Source: an uncultured Candidatus Saccharibacteria bacterium
Lineage (GTDB): Bacteria > Patescibacteriota > Minisyncoccia > Phycocordibacterales > GWA1-40-21
Direction of reading: 5' to 3'
Length of the DNA stretch: 43,561 nucleotides
NCBI GenBank assembly: GCA_964539415.1
Contig: CAZIID010000002.1
Span: 2,819 to 46,379 of the forward strand
The number at the start of each line of letters is the position of its first letter. Positions within the stretch are counted from its first letter, which is position 1. Positions 35,014-43,289 of this stretch are shown here, in pieces. The position numbers and the translations under genes are program-made. The notes beneath the pieces were generated by a model that was given only the letters and a program-made list of their open reading frames with translations, was not told the DNA's origin and did no database searches.

Positions 35014-35041
35014 ATAATATATTTTATCATAAAAAGATATT

Positions 35042-35073
35042 AAAAAAAGGAGATGGTATTTCTACCACCTCCT
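35042..35073 (-). terminator. Rho-independent terminator of the metallophosphoesterase gene
   Basis: AGGAGGTGGTA-gaaa-TACCATCTCCT on the minus strand (one mismatch) followed by T6. Confidence 0.75.
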
Positions 35074-35093
35074 TTAAAAACCCAATCTGAGAA

Positions 35094-36227
35094 TTAAACA
35101 ATTTTGGGCAACGGCTCATAAGGCACGTGACCAAATGTAATCTCCCGACGAGGTAGATGTATAACAACAAAACTCCGATCAGTATTCACATCACCAGGGT
35201 TAATAGTTGTCACCTGCTGACCTTCAACATACAAGGCCTCTCTGGTGAAACCGCACAGAACAAACTCCGTTTCCGGATGTTCTCGCCTGATCTGCATGGC
35301 CATGGAGTCCATACCAAGTTCACTCTTGGACATAAACTCAAGACCCAAATCAAGCTGAACATAAAAGCGGTAACCATTGATTTTTACGATGGCCCCCTTA
35401 TCGAGATTGTTCTCCGAAATCACTTTCCAATTTTCAGGAATATTTTTATCTTTTTGCATTTTGCGATGATCAGAATCTTGATCCTCACGAATCGCATACT
35501 GAACAGTAAAGTCAGCAAGCTCAGGACGACCAATGTCAGAGAGAGCAATATTTCCGCAATGAATGATATGACTCACATCGCGTTTTTTGAACTCTTTAGC
35601 CAAGAGATTCCAATAAGCGGAATCACGATGAGTGATATCCAGACTATCAGATATCACACCGATACTGAAAGCAGGACGATCATCAACAGTCGGCAAAATC
35701 CGACTAAAGATAAACTCCCCTGTTTCAGTATCAACAATCGCAAACTCATAACCCCAACCCAAAGCGTCTTCTACTGCACCTGGGTTGATAAAGCTGACAA
35801 GCTGTCCTTGTTTAAAAGTCTGGAAGTGCAAATGCCCACCAAAAACAAAACGAAGACCATCAAACTCCTTCCGAAGGTCCATCAGAATTTCGTTAAACTT
35901 TTCTTCTGACGCCCGGAGAAAGTCAGTATTCCTTTTGTGTCCGATATACACCACGGTCCCATCAGAAATTTTTGTAATTCTCTGATTGTGACGTGTAAAA
36001 TTCCAACCTTCTGGACGTTTTTCAAAAAATACAGGATCTTCCGTTTGTCCACCGACGATAGCACAAATTACTGGTATATCACCAAACAATTCTTTGGACA
36101 CATGACCAGGAATTATGTCTCCGCAATGCACAATCATCTTTACACCACGGCGTTTGAATTCCTCAATAATATGAGGAATTGCCCCTTTTTTGTCCCTATG
36201 CGTATCAGAAATTACTCCGACGATCAT
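35094..36227 (-). CDS. Tandem calcineurin-like metallophosphoesterase (YfcE-type), second repeat degenerate
   Basis: Repeat 1: SDTHRD, HCGDI, IGH, GGHLH. Repeat 2: SDSLDITHRD, HCGNI, LCGFTRE (metal ligands lost). The 60-nt sample 35221-35280 is 50% GC. Confidence 0.75.
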   Translation of the reverse strand: MIVGVISDTHRDKKGAIPHIIEEFKRRGVKMIVHCGDIIPGHVSKELFGDIPVICAIVGGQTEDPVFFEKRPEGWNFTRHNQRITKISDGTVVYIGHKRNTDFLRASEEKFNEILMDLRKEFDGLRFVFGGHLHFQTFKQGQLVSFINPGAVEDALGWGYEFAIVDTETGEFIFSRILPTVDDRPAFSIGVISDSLDITHRDSAYWNLLAKEFKKRDVSHIIHCGNIALSDIGRPELADFTVQYAIREDQDSDHRKMQKDKNIPENWKVISENNLDKGAIVKINGYRFYVQLDLGLEFMSKSELGMDSMAMQIRREHPETEFVLCGFTREALYVEGQQVTTINPGDVNTDRSFVVIHLPRREITFGHVPYEPLPKIV

Positions 36228-36382
36228 AAATCCCCCTGCGTTTAGTTATTAGACTCGTTCTTTTACCAAACAATGACAAAGAACTCCTTAAACATAGACT
36301 ACACCGAAAATAATTTTTGTATATTCTTTATGATTCAGTCATTTTGTGTTATAATTTTACCGTGAAAATTCCTGTAAAAAAC

Positions 36383-37207
36383 ATGCTCTACCGCGAGCCA
36401 CTTCAAAAAATTTTCTTAGATACTTTTGTAAAAAGAAAAATCTCTAATAAAATTGTTGGTAAAATAGCAGATAATAAAATAAGCAAAGTATTAATTAAAA
36501 GATTTGAAAGATCATTCAAAATAGACCGTTCCCTTTTTAAAGTTCCACATAATAATGGTTTTAGTACTCTTAATGAATTTTTTACAAGGGATTATCCTGA
36601 TAAAACTATTAAAAAATCTTTTCCCAATAATCCAAATGGAGAATTTCATTCGCCTGTTGAATGTTATTTAAGTTTACAAACAAACATCAATCCAGAAAGT
36701 ATTGTTCAAGCAAAAGGTTTTGTATATTGTTTGAGTGAATTTTTAGATTGTAAACCAGGTGAAAGTTTTAATGGCGGCACATTGATCAAGCTCCGCTTAA
36801 CCCCAAAAGAATATCATCACGCTCATTATTTTGATGATGGAAAAATAGTAGGATTCAAAGACATAAAAGGAAGTTACTATACTTCTGATTTTGCTTCTGT
36901 AAAAAAGATTAAAAAAATGTATTGCAAGAGCCATAGACATGTTTCCGAAATAGATACGAGAAATTTTGGAAAAATATATTTTATTGAAGTTGGTGCTACT
37001 TTTGTTGGAACAATCATACAAAATGACAAACTAGGAGATAAAGTAAAATATGGCAACAAAAAAAGTGTATTCAAATTTGGCGGTTCAACAGTATTTCTTT
37101 TATTTGAAAAAGGAAAAGTCGAGCTAAGAGATGACTTACAGGAGCTAGCAAAAACAGGTGAAGAAAAATATGTATGTTTAGGAGAGATATTGGGAAATAA
37201 AATTTAA
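36383..37207 (+). CDS. psd: Phosphatidylserine decarboxylase proenzyme
   Basis: LTPKEYHHAHYFDDG (DYHR.H.P..G-type block) and self-cleavage motif FKFGGSTVFLLFE. ATG 36383 is preferred over the ORF-track TTG 36317. Confidence 0.8.
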   Translation: MLYREPLQKIFLDTFVKRKISNKIVGKIADNKISKVLIKRFERSFKIDRSLFKVPHNNGFSTLNEFFTRDYPDKTIKKSFPNNPNGEFHSPVECYLSLQTNINPESIVQAKGFVYCLSEFLDCKPGESFNGGTLIKLRLTPKEYHHAHYFDDGKIVGFKDIKGSYYTSDFASVKKIKKMYCKSHRHVSEIDTRNFGKIYFIEVGATFVGTIIQNDKLGDKVKYGNKKSVFKFGGSTVFLLFEKGKVELRDDLQELAKTGEEKYVCLGEILGNKI

Positions 37208-37242
37208 AAAATCGCCCGCCAAAGTAAAACTTTGGCGGGCGA
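37206..37242 (-). terminator. Terminator between psd and the HD gene (T-run on the minus strand)
   Basis: TCGCCCGCCAAAGT-loop-ACTTTGGCGGGCGA, followed on the minus strand by T6. Confidence 0.8.
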
Positions 37243-37265
37243 AACAATATTAACAAGTAGCGACC

Positions 37266-38303
37266 TTACCAATCAAGACAAGGATCTGTGATATCTGCAA
37301 AAACATTAAGAACACTTTCAATTTGTTCCCAGACAGATGTCCGTTCAAGATCGGTTATATCAAAATGATTCTTATCCATCAAAGACAAGACGTCTTCATC
37401 CGTCATAAGAGCAAAAAATAATGGCGCTTTTTCCCTTAGAACATCTTCAAGATAGTCACCAACTCTCATCAGACCAGAAGTGTGACCATGAACATTGACT
37501 AGTGGATAGAGTTTATACATCTTTGCTTTAATGTCAGTAAAGATTTTTCCAGCTTCCGAATCCGAAAATCCAACAAAACCAAGTCCTGCTGAATCCTCGC
37601 ACAGAGCGATAATTAGGTTACGAACTCTGGAACGCTGGTCAGAACCAAGTTTTTGCATATCACTTGAAACTGACTCAACCCATTGACTAGGTAATCTCAA
37701 CCGATGAATCATATCATTGTAATCAGAAGTGATATAAGCAATTTTATCTGCGTGCATCACAACAACAGCTTCTTGAGACATGTCCTTTGTTGCAGTAAGC
37801 GGTCCCTTACCACGAGAATGATCACGAATACCACAAAGAGTTTGATAAGTAAGATTAAGACCAACACCTTTACGTTCAACTTTTTGAGCTAACATTGCTC
37901 CAAATTTGGCGTGGTTAAAATCTTTTTTAAACCTTGTTGCCAAAAAATTCTCGCCTTCATGACCAAACGGTACATGACCAATATCATGACCAAGTGCAAT
38001 AGCTCGCACAAGATCAACATTGAGTCCGAGAACGCTCGCGATCCTCACTGCAACACTCACAACTTCCATAGTGTGACTATTGCGATTACGGAAAAGTCCA
38101 TTCCAAGGACTTGTCATAACCTGAGTTTTAAACGCAAGACGTCGAAAAGCTTTTGAGTTCATGAGATAGTTTTCATCAACGACAAAAGGATCCAAATTAC
38201 CATCATAAAAATCAGCTTCTTCATCAAATCTTATTCTTCTAGAATGTTCGGGCAAAATTTTCAAATGAGAAAGACAACCAAATGTTTCCTGACTAATATT
38301 CAT
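37266..38303 (-). CDS. HD-domain dGTP triphosphohydrolase-like protein (short form, 345 aa)
   Basis: NSHTMEVVSVAVRIA, ALGHDIGHVPFGHEGE and HADKIAYITSDYND blocks match the dGTPase/Dgt-like HD family. Own SD (AAGGAGAG) and putative promoter. Confidence 0.8.
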   Translation of the reverse strand: MNISQETFGCLSHLKILPEHSRRIRFDEEADFYDGNLDPFVVDENYLMNSKAFRRLAFKTQVMTSPWNGLFRNRNSHTMEVVSVAVRIASVLGLNVDLVRAIALGHDIGHVPFGHEGENFLATRFKKDFNHAKFGAMLAQKVERKGVGLNLTYQTLCGIRDHSRGKGPLTATKDMSQEAVVVMHADKIAYITSDYNDMIHRLRLPSQWVESVSSDMQKLGSDQRSRVRNLIIALCEDSAGLGFVGFSDSEAGKIFTDIKAKMYKLYPLVNVHGHTSGLMRVGDYLEDVLREKAPLFFALMTDEDVLSLMDKNHFDITDLERTSVWEQIESVLNVFADITDPCLDW

Positions 38304-38385
38304 TCTAACTCTCCTTTTATATTTTTAAACAACTAGTTTCTAGTGGAATATACTACGTTAAAAATTTTAAGAGTCAATATTAGAC

Positions 38386-39546
38386 TTATTGTGACAAATT
38401 GACCAAATTTAATTCAACATAAAATTGTGAGCCTTTTCCTTCACCTTCAGATTCTGCCCAAATATGATTATTTCTAATTTCAAGTATTTTTTTTGCAACA
38501 TAAAGACCCAGACCAGTTCCCAGAATATTTGCACCATTTGCATCTTTTGCGCGACTAAATTTTTTAAATAATAAAGGAAGTGTTTCTTTCGAAATACCAA
38601 CTCCGCTATCCTTAACACTAAAAATTAGCTTGTTATCATCTTTTTTACTCAATCCTACTTCTATCCATCCAGATTTTGTATACTTATTTGCATTATCAAG
38701 TAAATTTGCAAAGACTTGTTTTAATTTTGTCTTGTCTTCGTGTAAAATAAATTCTCCTTTTATAATATTTGTTTTCAATTGCAAACCGCTTTTCTCCACA
38801 TTTATTTTAAATTCATTTACAACTTCATTGATCAAATCAACAACATTGAAATCTTTAAGATAGTATTTCATTTCACCCTGTTCTATACGAGAAATATCCA
38901 AAAAATCACTCACAGTTTTACTAAGTGAATCTGTAGATTTAAAAATAATATCTAATGGTTCCACAAACTCCTTTGGTACCTTTCCATAATCTCCTTCAAG
39001 AATTAAAGAAATATATCCTTTTATAGCTCCCAGAGGTCCACGTATTTGATGCGTAGCCAAAGATATATATTCATTTTTTAAATGATTAATTTTCTTTAAT
39101 TCTCCATTCGCTTCCTGTATTTCAGTAATTCTATTTTGGAGTTCCTTCAATTTACCACTTGATTCAAGCAATCTCGCCTCATCTATTGAATACCCATCTT
39201 CAATATGCTTCTTCAAAACGTTAGTTGCCCACATTCTAAATTGAGTTGCTTTTTTTGAATTTACTCTATATCCAACAGAAATAATGACATCTAAATTATA
39301 GATTTTAACCATGTATTTCTTGCCATCTTTAGCAGTTAGTTCTATTTTGGAACTAACTGAACTTTCCTTTAATTCTCCCGTTCTGAATATGTGGTCTAAA
39401 TGTTTAGTTATTGCAGGTCTTTGAGTTCCAAAAGCCAAAGCTATTTGGTTTTGAGTCAGCCAAACAGAACCATTTTCTATCATTGTTTCTATTTTTATAT
39501 AGCCTTTTTCTGGCTCATAAATCATTATTGTTTTTTTTCTGTTCAT
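38386..39546 (-). CDS. Fusion protein: RhuM-family N-terminal domain + coiled coil + HisKA/HATPase_c histidine kinase
   Basis: Residues about 8-125 (VWLTQNQIALAFGTQRPAITKHLDHIF..GEL...DGKKYMVKIYNLDVIISVGYRVNSKKATQFRMWAT) match the conserved RhuM core. The kinase part has H-box LATHQIRGPL, N-box LLDNANKYT, G1 DSGVGI and G2 GTGLGL. No TM segment. Confidence 0.75.
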   Translation of the reverse strand: MNRKKTIMIYEPEKGYIKIETMIENGSVWLTQNQIALAFGTQRPAITKHLDHIFRTGELKESSVSSKIELTAKDGKKYMVKIYNLDVIISVGYRVNSKKATQFRMWATNVLKKHIEDGYSIDEARLLESSGKLKELQNRITEIQEANGELKKINHLKNEYISLATHQIRGPLGAIKGYISLILEGDYGKVPKEFVEPLDIIFKSTDSLSKTVSDFLDISRIEQGEMKYYLKDFNVVDLINEVVNEFKINVEKSGLQLKTNIIKGEFILHEDKTKLKQVFANLLDNANKYTKSGWIEVGLSKKDDNKLIFSVKDSGVGISKETLPLLFKKFSRAKDANGANILGTGLGLYVAKKILEIRNNHIWAESEGEGKGSQFYVELNLVNLSQ

Positions 39547-39575
39547 TTTTTTATTTAATTCATGATTTTATAATC

Positions 39576-39629
39576 AAAAAAAAGACCAAATTTTAATCTT
39601 CGTCTGTAGAAAGATTAAAATTTAGTCTT
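39576..39629 (-). terminator. Strong terminator-like hairpin about 30 nt upstream of the kinase start codon
   Basis: 19-bp stem (AAGACTAAATTTTAATCTT / AAGATTAAAATTTGGTCTT, one mismatch) followed on the minus strand by T8. Confidence 0.6.
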
Positions 39630-39852
39630 TTAAAAAATCTTGTTTATATAACTAATTTTAATTCTACAAATAATTTTGATGATTGTTTTTCTCTGTCAAA
39701 AAATTCCCAAAAATTATCATACTGGGTATTTGTTCTTTCTATAATAAAAAATTCAGAGATTATTCTCTGTTTATTTTTAATATAACTAAATATTTTTAAA
39801 AATATTTTTTTCACGCCTGTATATTATATATTAAATACAAAAAAAGTATATT

Positions 39853-39902
39853 AAAAAAGCGCGTGGCATCTATTTGCATTTCTGCATTTAGACACCACGC
39901 GC
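39853..39902 (-). terminator. Terminator of the ABC-F/GIY-YIG operon
   Basis: GCGCGTGG...CCACGCGC stem with a long loop, followed on the minus strand by T6. Confidence 0.65.
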
Positions 39903-39971
39903 CGGAATTTAATCCCTACTTCGTGAGACGCTTACTTTTTGTCGGACATAAAAACCTCTATTAAAAATAGA

Positions 39972-40217
39972 TTATTTATAAGCTATTTTCAACTTTTCTA
40001 CTCTTTCCATTTTCTTTAATTCCGCTTCCCTTTTCATCGCTTCACTTTTTGTTTTAAACTTTTCAGAATATAGGAGTTTAACCGGACGACGCCCTTTTGT
40101 GTATTTTGCTCCAGTTTTTAAAGTATTGTGAGCAAGAATTCTTTTCTCAAGATCATTTGTATATCCAGTATACAGAGTTTTATCAGCACATTCGAGAATA
40201 TATACAAAATGTGACAT
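39972..40217 (-). CDS. GIY-YIG nuclease superfamily protein (UPF0213-like, 81 aa)
   Basis: [28 protein letters not shown] is the GIY-YIG signature. Stand-alone short form. Confidence 0.85.
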   Translation of the reverse strand: MSHFVYILECADKTLYTGYTNDLEKRILAHNTLKTGAKYTKGRRPVKLLYSEKFKTKSEAMKREAELKKMERVEKLKIAYK

Positions 40218-40225
40218 AAATATAA

Positions 40226-41686
40226 TTATTTATCTAAATCCAAAGTATAATCAATTCTAATTTGTTTTATAAAATCTGGAACGTGACTTACTATTATCAT
40301 TGCACCTTCATATTTATTTAATGCTTCTGCAATTATAGGCAAGTGACGAAAATTAATATGATTTGTAGGTTCATCTAAAATAAGAAGTCCTGGTCTTTGC
40401 AATACAAGTCTAGCAAAAGCAACTAAACCTTTTTGTCCTTCGGAAAGATTGCCGATTTTTATACACATTATTTCACTTGTAATAAGAAAACCAGCGGCAG
40501 TAGCCCTCATTGTTTCTTCTCCAATATCATCTCTAACAGTAGAAAGAGATTTGTATACAGTATCTTCAAAATTTAATGTTGAAAAATCTTGCCTATAATA
40601 TCCGACTTCAACTCCTTTTGTTATTTCTGAACCATCAGAAGTATTCTTTGCAATTGCTTCAAGTAAAGTACTTTTACCAATACCATTTGGCCCCTTAAGT
40701 AAAAGATGTTGATTTCTTTTTAATTTTATATCAGTTTTTCTTTCAAGAACTTTATGGCTTCTTATAGTTTTAAATTTTGTTATGTGAATTATTTGACCAA
40801 TAATGTCTGTTTGAGCTGGAATAGTAAAAGAACGAATAGTTTTATCTTCTTTTCTGGTATCAACTTTCTCTTCCTCCAACTCTTCAGCTTTTTCTCTCAT
40901 TCTTTTTGCAACCATACGCATTTGTCCTCCCTTCATCGCAAAAAAGTTTGCTTTATCTTTGTTTTCTTGGATTTCTTTTGCAAGTTGAGCATTTTTTCTG
41001 TTTTCTTTTTCCTGACGAATAACAATCTGCTCCCTAACGTCAAAATAATTTCCAATATACTGTTCTATTTTATTTGTAAACACATCTAAATACAAAACTC
41101 CATCAGTAAAGCTATTCAAAAACTCAGCATCGTGTGAAATTACAATACAGGTTTTTGTGTATCCAATAAGAAAATTTGTTAAATGTTCAATTCCTTCTTT
41201 ATCTAAGTTGTTTGTTGGCTCATCAAGCAAAAGCAAATCAGGAGCTTGGATTAAAGCAGAAGCTAACAAAAGTCTTGCTTGCTGACCTCCAGAAAATGAT
41301 TTAACTATTCTGTCATGAACTTTTTGATGACCCTTTAAGTTAACAACTTCCAAGATGTCGTCGATTCTCACATCAATATCATAAATCTTCTCTTTAAAAC
41401 ATTTCTGAAAAAATTCTCTTACCGTCAAATCTAATTCATCACGAGGAATTACTTGACGAGATACTGCAATCGAAACTCCATTCACAACGTTTACATCACC
41501 GTCATCTGGACATAAGTCGCCAGAGATAAGTTTAAATAGAGTGCTTTTACCAGAACCATTTTGTCCCATTATAGTAGTTTTTGTTCCTCGACGAATAGAA
41601 AAATCCACTTCTGTTAGAAGAGGTTTATTCTCAGAGTATCCAAATGATACTTTTTCAAATCTAAGTATTGCTTCATCTTTGGCCAT
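40226..41686 (-). CDS. ABC-F family ATPase (two ABC domains, no TM domain)
   Basis: Walker [10 protein letters not shown] and GPNGIGKST. Signatures FSGGQQARL and LSEGQKG. Walker [12 protein letters not shown] and [12 protein letters not shown]-rich linker. Confidence 0.9.
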   Translation of the reverse strand: MAKDEAILRFEKVSFGYSENKPLLTEVDFSIRRGTKTTIMGQNGSGKSTLFKLISGDLCPDDGDVNVVNGVSIAVSRQVIPRDELDLTVREFFQKCFKEKIYDIDVRIDDILEVVNLKGHQKVHDRIVKSFSGGQQARLLLASALIQAPDLLLLDEPTNNLDKEGIEHLTNFLIGYTKTCIVISHDAEFLNSFTDGVLYLDVFTNKIEQYIGNYFDVREQIVIRQEKENRKNAQLAKEIQENKDKANFFAMKGGQMRMVAKRMREKAEELEEEKVDTRKEDKTIRSFTIPAQTDIIGQIIHITKFKTIRSHKVLERKTDIKLKRNQHLLLKGPNGIGKSTLLEAIAKNTSDGSEITKGVEVGYYRQDFSTLNFEDTVYKSLSTVRDDIGEETMRATAAGFLITSEIMCIKIGNLSEGQKGLVAFARLVLQRPGLLILDEPTNHINFRHLPIIAEALNKYEGAMIIVSHVPDFIKQIRIDYTLDLDK

Positions 41687-41766
41687 TCACTAGAGGATAC
41701 TGTATTTTTATGAAAATAGAAAGGGGGACATCAAGTGTCTCTACACTTGATGGCCCCCAAAAAATC

Positions 41767-42321
41767 CTAAAACAAACTTAATATCCAAGGGAGAACAAAC
41801 AAAGCACAAAAAATAGTATTCACTCCACAGTATAAACGATCCTCAAGTCTCCAACCTTTTACAGATAAGAATGAAAGAAAGTTTACAATAGTAAAAAAGA
41901 TATTTACTAATATTGAACTTTGTTCAGGGAATTTCCAAGTCATTATGAGAAATGGTATTCCCGCAATTAAAGAAGCTGTTATAGAGGCTATTAATGCCCA
42001 TCTAGCGCCTCTTGTTAGATAGAGGACAACGCAAAAGCCTACAAGAATCACAACTACTGAATCCATCATTCCCCAATTAAATCTACCCTTTAGAAGAAGT
42101 ATTACCGATATTGAAGATGAACCAATTGCGTATATCAAAGGTATTGAAAAATTTGCTTTGTGCCGAATCAGGCTGAAAACTGCAATCCACGCAAGCATAG
42201 CCCATAGAGCAAAAGTCGTAAAAGAAAGTCCTTGACCCGTACCAACGACCGTCTGAAGAATTAAGTATCCATAGCTTAAAATTCCAAGCACGGTACTCAA
42301 TATAGCTAAAAACTTTTTCAA
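41767..42321 (-). CDS. Polytopic membrane protein (184 aa), unknown function
   Basis: About 6 hydrophobic helices. TTG start preceded by AGGGGGG. No family recognised. Confidence 0.5.
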   Translation of the reverse strand: MKKFLAILSTVLGILSYGYLILQTVVGTGQGLSFTTFALWAMLAWIAVFSLIRHKANFSIPLIYAIGSSSISVILLLKGRFNWGMMDSVVVILVGFCVVLYLTRGARWALIASITASLIAGIPFLIMTWKFPEQSSILVNIFFTIVNFLSFLSVKGWRLEDRLYCGVNTIFCALFVLPWILSLF

Positions 42322-42504
42322 AAATCCCCCCTTTGTTTAATTGCTTTTATAATCTAAGCCAAGTAGAACAAATAATGTCATTATTGTCAAAATAAAGAGC
42401 CTAAAATTCTATTATTCATACATTTGACAAATAGAAGATTATATAGCAGTATTATAAGTAGGATAAGTTACTTTAAAGATAGCTCATTAAAAAGGAATCA
42501 AAAA

Positions 42505-43017
42505 ATGAAGATCACATTGGGATCAATGAGTTTACCCAAACTCGACGCGGTGATTCAAGCAAACGAAATTCTTGAACTTGGAGCCGAAGTTTGTTGTGTA
42601 AAAACATCTTCAAATCAAAACGAACAGCCAGTTGGATTTGAAGAAACTTTTGCGGGAGCACTCGCTCGTGCAAAATCAGCTAAAGCACAAAGACCAGATT
42701 CAATTGCGATAGGTATTGAGAGTGGAATATTTTGTTTTGATGGTGACAATCGTCCCATCACACTCGACATTGCCATTATTGTTGTTTTAGATAACAACGA
42801 TCGGCAAATCATATCAACTTCTACTGGAATTCAATTTCCGGAAGAATTTGTAACAATCGCAAAGAATCGCGGTTTTGACAAAACAACTGTTGGGTCTATT
42901 GTTGCTGAAAAAATCAACGCAGACCAAAACGACCCACATCAAAAACTCACGAATGGAAGAATAACAAGGAAAAGGACTCTCATTGAAGCTGTTGTGACAG
43001 CATTGAAGCAACTTTAA
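42505..43017 (+). CDS. Non-canonical purine NTP phosphatase (YjjX/DUF84-like ITPase/XTPase)
   Basis: Start set at MKITLGS (ATG 42505). QPVGFEETFAGALARA, IGIESG and LTNGRITRK blocks parallel E. coli YjjX (QPFGSEETRAGARNR, IEAG, LTR). Confidence 0.7.
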   Translation: MKITLGSMSLPKLDAVIQANEILELGAEVCCVKTSSNQNEQPVGFEETFAGALARAKSAKAQRPDSIAIGIESGIFCFDGDNRPITLDIAIIVVLDNNDRQIISTSTGIQFPEEFVTIAKNRGFDKTTVGSIVAEKINADQNDPHQKLTNGRITRKRTLIEAVVTALKQL

Positions 43018-43030
43018 TTTTTTGATTAGT

Positions 43031-43064
43031 AACTCCCGACCTTAAAATGGTTGGGAGTTTTTTA
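43031..43064 (+). terminator. Rho-independent terminator
   Basis: AACTCCCGACC-loop-GGTTGGGAGTT followed by T5. Confidence 0.8.
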
Positions 43065-43068
43065 ATTC

Positions 43069-43096
43069 AAAAATCCGCCCTTAAGGGCGGATTTTT
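43069..43096. terminator. Bidirectional terminator
   Basis: AAAAATCCGCCC-ttaa-GGGCGGATTTTT. Confidence 0.8.
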
Positions 43097-43102
43097 AAAA
43101 AA

Positions 43103-43165
43103 CTATTTTTTAGCTTTCTTTGGTTTCTTCTTATCCTTTCTCTGAGAATTATTTCCTTTTGCCAT
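43103..43165 (-). CDS. Possible 20-aa basic peptide
   Basis: Hand-translated as MAKGNNSQRKDKKKPKKAKK*. It has the same MAK start and terminator-adjacent layout as 30779..30883. Very short, so weak. Confidence 0.2.
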   Translation of the reverse strand: MAKGNNSQRKDKKKPKKAKK

Positions 43166-43289
43166 AATTATTTTTATTAATTATTCTAATAATGTAATAA
43201 TTATATCACACAAAATAATATTTTATACAATTCTTCCAACTTTAAATAAAGAAAATATATTTTTAAAATCGAAACTATTTTATAACTAT

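Noticed and set aside
35157-35909. 250-aa ORF on the plus strand, antisense to the metallophosphoesterase gene; also 35785..35985, 35937..36245 and 35882..36064.
   Set aside because: These are shadow ORFs in a GC-richer gene. The translations are low-complexity without motifs, whereas the minus-strand frame carries clear metallophosphoesterase motifs.
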